DNA from: Thermoplasmata archaeon
GTDB taxonomy: Archaea > Thermoplasmatota > Thermoplasmata > Lutacidiplasmatales > UBA184
Direction of reading: 5' to 3'
Assembly: GCA_028864975.1 (NCBI GenBank)
Contig: JAGWLG010000035.1
Coordinates: 1-38,808, forward strand
DNA: 38,808 nt
Each line of letters opens with the position of its first letter. Positions within the stretch are counted from its first letter, which is position 1. This document shows, piece after piece, positions 36,235-38,808 of the stretch. A program made the position numbers and the translations under genes. The notes below the pieces were generated by a model, which was not told where the DNA came from, did no database searches, and was given only the letters and a program-made list of their open reading frames with translations.

Positions 36235-38664
36235 GTGCCAGGGCATCGGCCGGCGGGCGACCTTCCGGGATTCCGACCGGCCTCCGAGGTCCAGGACGTA
36301 GCAGGACCGCCGTCGGATCCTTCTGGGCGAGATCGACGAGGGTCCCGCGGCGCTCCTCCCCCCTCCCCTCCCGCTGACGCTCGCGTACCTCTCGAGAAGG
36401 TCCCCTTCGACCCTCGGCTCGCTGCCGTCATCCGCTCCCAAGGCATCCAAGAGCTCTACCCACCCCAGGCGGAAGCGCTCCTCCCCGTCCTGGAGGGGCG
36501 AAGCGTGGTGCTCGCTTGCCCCACATCCTCCGGGAAGTCCCTGGTCGCCTACGGCGCGCTCGTAACCGCCGCCCTCGCCGGTCGCAAAGGGATCTACATC
36601 GTTCCGCTTCGGGCCCTCGCGAGCGAAAAGTACCAGGAGCTGAAGGCGTTCGAAAGCCTGGGGATCAAGACCGCCCTCACCATGGGCGAGCGCGACATCT
36701 CGTCGAAGGACCTGGAGGGCGTGGACATCCTGGTCGCCACGAGCGAGAAGACCGACAGCCTGCTCCGCCACCGATCTCCCTGGATGGAGACCGTGGGCGT
36801 CGTCGTGGCCGACGAGGTCCACCTGATGCGGGACCCTCAGCGGGGTCCCACGCTCGAGGTGACCCTGACCCGGCTCCAGCGACGACACCGGGGCTTGCAG
36901 GTCGTCGCCCTCTCCGCGACGGTCCAGAACTCCGTCGCGCTGGCGAAGTGGCTGGGAGCCGAGCACATCCGCAGCGACTTCCGTCCCGTCCCCCTACGCC
37001 AGGGGGTCTACCGGGAGGGTGAGATCACCTTCACCGACGGCGGCCACCGTCAGATCGCGGAGTACGGCGAGGTCCTGGAGTCGCTGGTCTGCGACATCCT
37101 GAAGGAAGGGGGCCAGGCGCTGGTCTTTGTCAACTCTCGCAAATCTTCTGTGACCCTCGCGACGCGGCTCGGGAAGTCGGTCGGCCCGTTGCTCTCCCCT
37201 TCCGAGCGCGACGACCTTGTGGGGCTCTCGAAAGAGCTGGGGGGGGACCATGAAGAGGAGACCGAGGGACTGCGCCAGCTTTCCAGCATCGTCCCACGCG
37301 GGGTCGCGTTCCACAACGCCTCCCTGACGAACGAAGAGCGTGGGAGGGTGGAAGGGGCGTTCCGCATGGGGCGCCTCAAGTGCCTGGTCGCGACGACGAC
37401 CCTGGCGATGGGGCTTAATCTCCCAGCCCGGCGGGTCATCGTCCGCGATACGACCCGCTACGACGACTCGATGGGGATCTCGGTCAAGGTCCCGGCGCTC
37501 GAGGTCCACCAGATGCTGGGTCGCGCAGGGAGGCCCCGCTACGACCCCTACGGGGAAGCCCTCCTGCTGGCGAAGAGCGAGGACGAGGAGGAGGACCACT
37601 TCGCGAGGTACCTGACCTCTCCACCGGAGGACGTCGAGAGTCAGCTCGGGAACGCTTCGGTCCTGCGCACCCATCTTCTCGCCCTGGTGGCCTCCGGCGA
37701 GGTGACGACCGAAAGGGAGCTCCAGGGATTCTTGGAATCGACCTTCTACGGCCACACGCTCTCGTTCCGGGACCTGCGCGGAGAGCTGCTGCAGGCCCGT
37801 GCCTTCCTGGAGCGTTGGGGACTGCTGGAGCGGGGCTCCCCGCTGCGGGCGAGCCCGTTCGGCAAGCTCGCCTCGGACCTCTACCTCGACCCCGTGACCG
37901 CCGTCCTCATGAGGAGGGCCTTGGGTCGGGCCAGGTCCCACACTTCGCCCTTCGCGTTCCTGGCCGCGCTGGCGGTCACTCCCGACCTTCTCCCGCTGGG
38001 TGTCCGCTCGGGCACGGACGAACAGGGGATGCTCGCCCGCTACGCCGCGGAGGAGAAGGACCTGCTCTTGCCTCCGGAGGAACCCGAGATCGTGGACCTC
38101 CTGCCTCCCTTCGACGGGTTCCTGGGTTCGCTCAAGACGGCCGCGCTCCTCGAGGCCTGGATGGACGACCGCAGAAAACTTCTCGAGATCTCCGAGGCCT
38201 TCGGGGTCGGGGCGGGCGACCTACGGACGCGGGTCGAGCGGGCGGAGTGGCTGCTCTCCTCGATGGCGTTCCTCGCTTCGCGCGAACGTCGTGAGGTCGC
38301 GAAGCAGCTCGACGAGCTCTCGGTCCGAGTACGGTACGGGGTCCGTTCCGAACTGCTCGAACTGGTCTCCCTCCGTGGGATCGGTCGGGTGCGGGGTCGG
38401 GTGCTCTATGAAGAAGGGTGGCGCGACCTCGAGGCGCTTGGTGGGGCTGGCGAAGGAGCCATCGCGCGTGCGTTGGGGTCGCCCGCGATCGCGCGGAGCG
38501 TGATGGAGCAGGTGCGTCGGCGGAAGGGGGGTCCTGGACCCGAGTCCACCGTGGCGGCAGGTCGGGGAGGCAGTTCTCCCAGCGATCCCTCCGGGGCTCC
38601 CTCACCCGAAGGGCCGGCAACGCGATGGTCGCGACTGGACGAAGAGCCCTCGTCCTCCCCCTGA
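36235..38664 (+). CDS. hel308: Ski2-like SF2 DNA helicase Hel308/Hjm
   Basis: LYPPQAEA, PTSSGKS, DEVH, LSAT, AFHNA, ATTTLAMGLNLPA, QMLGRAGRP, YGVRSELLELVSLRGIGRVRGR (HhH); start uncertain. Confidence 0.93.
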   Translation: MPGHRPAGDLPGFRPASEVQDVAGPPSDPSGRDRRGSRGAPPPSPPADARVPLEKVPFDPRLAAVIRSQGIQELYPPQAEALLPVLEGRSVVLACPTSSGKSLVAYGALVTAALAGRKGIYIVPLRALASEKYQELKAFESLGIKTALTMGERDISSKDLEGVDILVATSEKTDSLLRHRSPWMETVGVVVADEVHLMRDPQRGPTLEVTLTRLQRRHRGLQVVALSATVQNSVALAKWLGAEHIRSDFRPVPLRQGVYREGEITFTDGGHRQIAEYGEVLESLVCDILKEGGQALVFVNSRKSSVTLATRLGKSVGPLLSPSERDDLVGLSKELGGDHEEETEGLRQLSSIVPRGVAFHNASLTNEERGRVEGAFRMGRLKCLVATTTLAMGLNLPARRVIVRDTTRYDDSMGISVKVPALEVHQMLGRAGRPRYDPYGEALLLAKSEDEEEDHFARYLTSPPEDVESQLGNASVLRTHLLALVASGEVTTERELQGFLESTFYGHTLSFRDLRGELLQARAFLERWGLLERGSPLRASPFGKLASDLYLDPVTAVLMRRALGRARSHTSPFAFLAALAVTPDLLPLGVRSGTDEQGMLARYAAEEKDLLLPPEEPEIVDLLPPFDGFLGSLKTAALLEAWMDDRRKLLEISEAFGVGAGDLRTRVERAEWLLSSMAFLASRERREVAKQLDELSVRVRYGVRSELLELVSLRGIGRVRGRVLYEEGWRDLEALGGAGEGAIARALGSPAIARSVMEQVRRRKGGPGPESTVAAGRGGSSPSDPSGAPSPEGPATRWSRLDEEPSSSP

Positions 38665-38808
38665 CCTCGTCCATCACGGACCTCGTAGGGACGCCTAGAG
38701 CCTCGAACGGTGGGGAACTCCGTCCGGCCGAGCCTTCCCGCGGGGTGGGCGCCGGAGAACCGCGGGTCGTTTGGCGGATGAGGCGCGCCGCCACACGTCC
38801 AAGACCAT

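Noticed and set aside
38665-38808. Possible gene end at the right edge
   Set aside because: Too short and no recognisable motif in any frame.
1-38808. CRISPR arrays, tRNA/rRNA genes, transposases, integrases
   Set aside because: No regularly spaced repeats, cloverleaf or T-loop signatures, or transposase/integrase motifs were seen by eye; a tRNAscan/CRISPR scan was not run.

Overview
GC-rich archaeal chromosomal segment. Archaeal identity rests on TFB, Spt5, aIF5B, Hel308, MptE and archaeal-type uL11/SecE/TruD; assignment to Thermoplasmatota is an inference, not verified. The left 7.2 kb is an accessory cluster of three secreted glycoside hydrolases with PKD/Ig-like stalks (GH25, GH18, GH25), whose catalytic families act on peptidoglycan or related GlcNAc polymers. 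The two complete ones are membrane-anchored; the first runs off the window and is missing from the ORF track. The rest is mostly housekeeping: ftsZ-secE-spt5-rpl11, mptE, truD, a KaiC-like pair, SDR, dinB, TauE/DUF1634, a phosphodiesterase, infB, tfb, rhodanese, rqcH, acyl-CoA dehydrogenase and hel308. It carries several oddities: an H-protein(Lys->Arg)-TusA fusion near a rhodanese, Spt5 with a ~190-aa N-terminal addition, rpl11 coupled to an unknown gene instead of rpl1, a histone-H1-like Lys-rich protein, a dead/active KaiC-like pair, a divergent TFB, a claudin-like tetraspan protein, an orphan Red-beta-like annealase, and a ~365-nt hairpin-dense non-coding element. No tRNA, rRNA, CRISPR array or transposase was recognised. 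All family assignments come from motif recognition by eye, and several start codons are best guesses.
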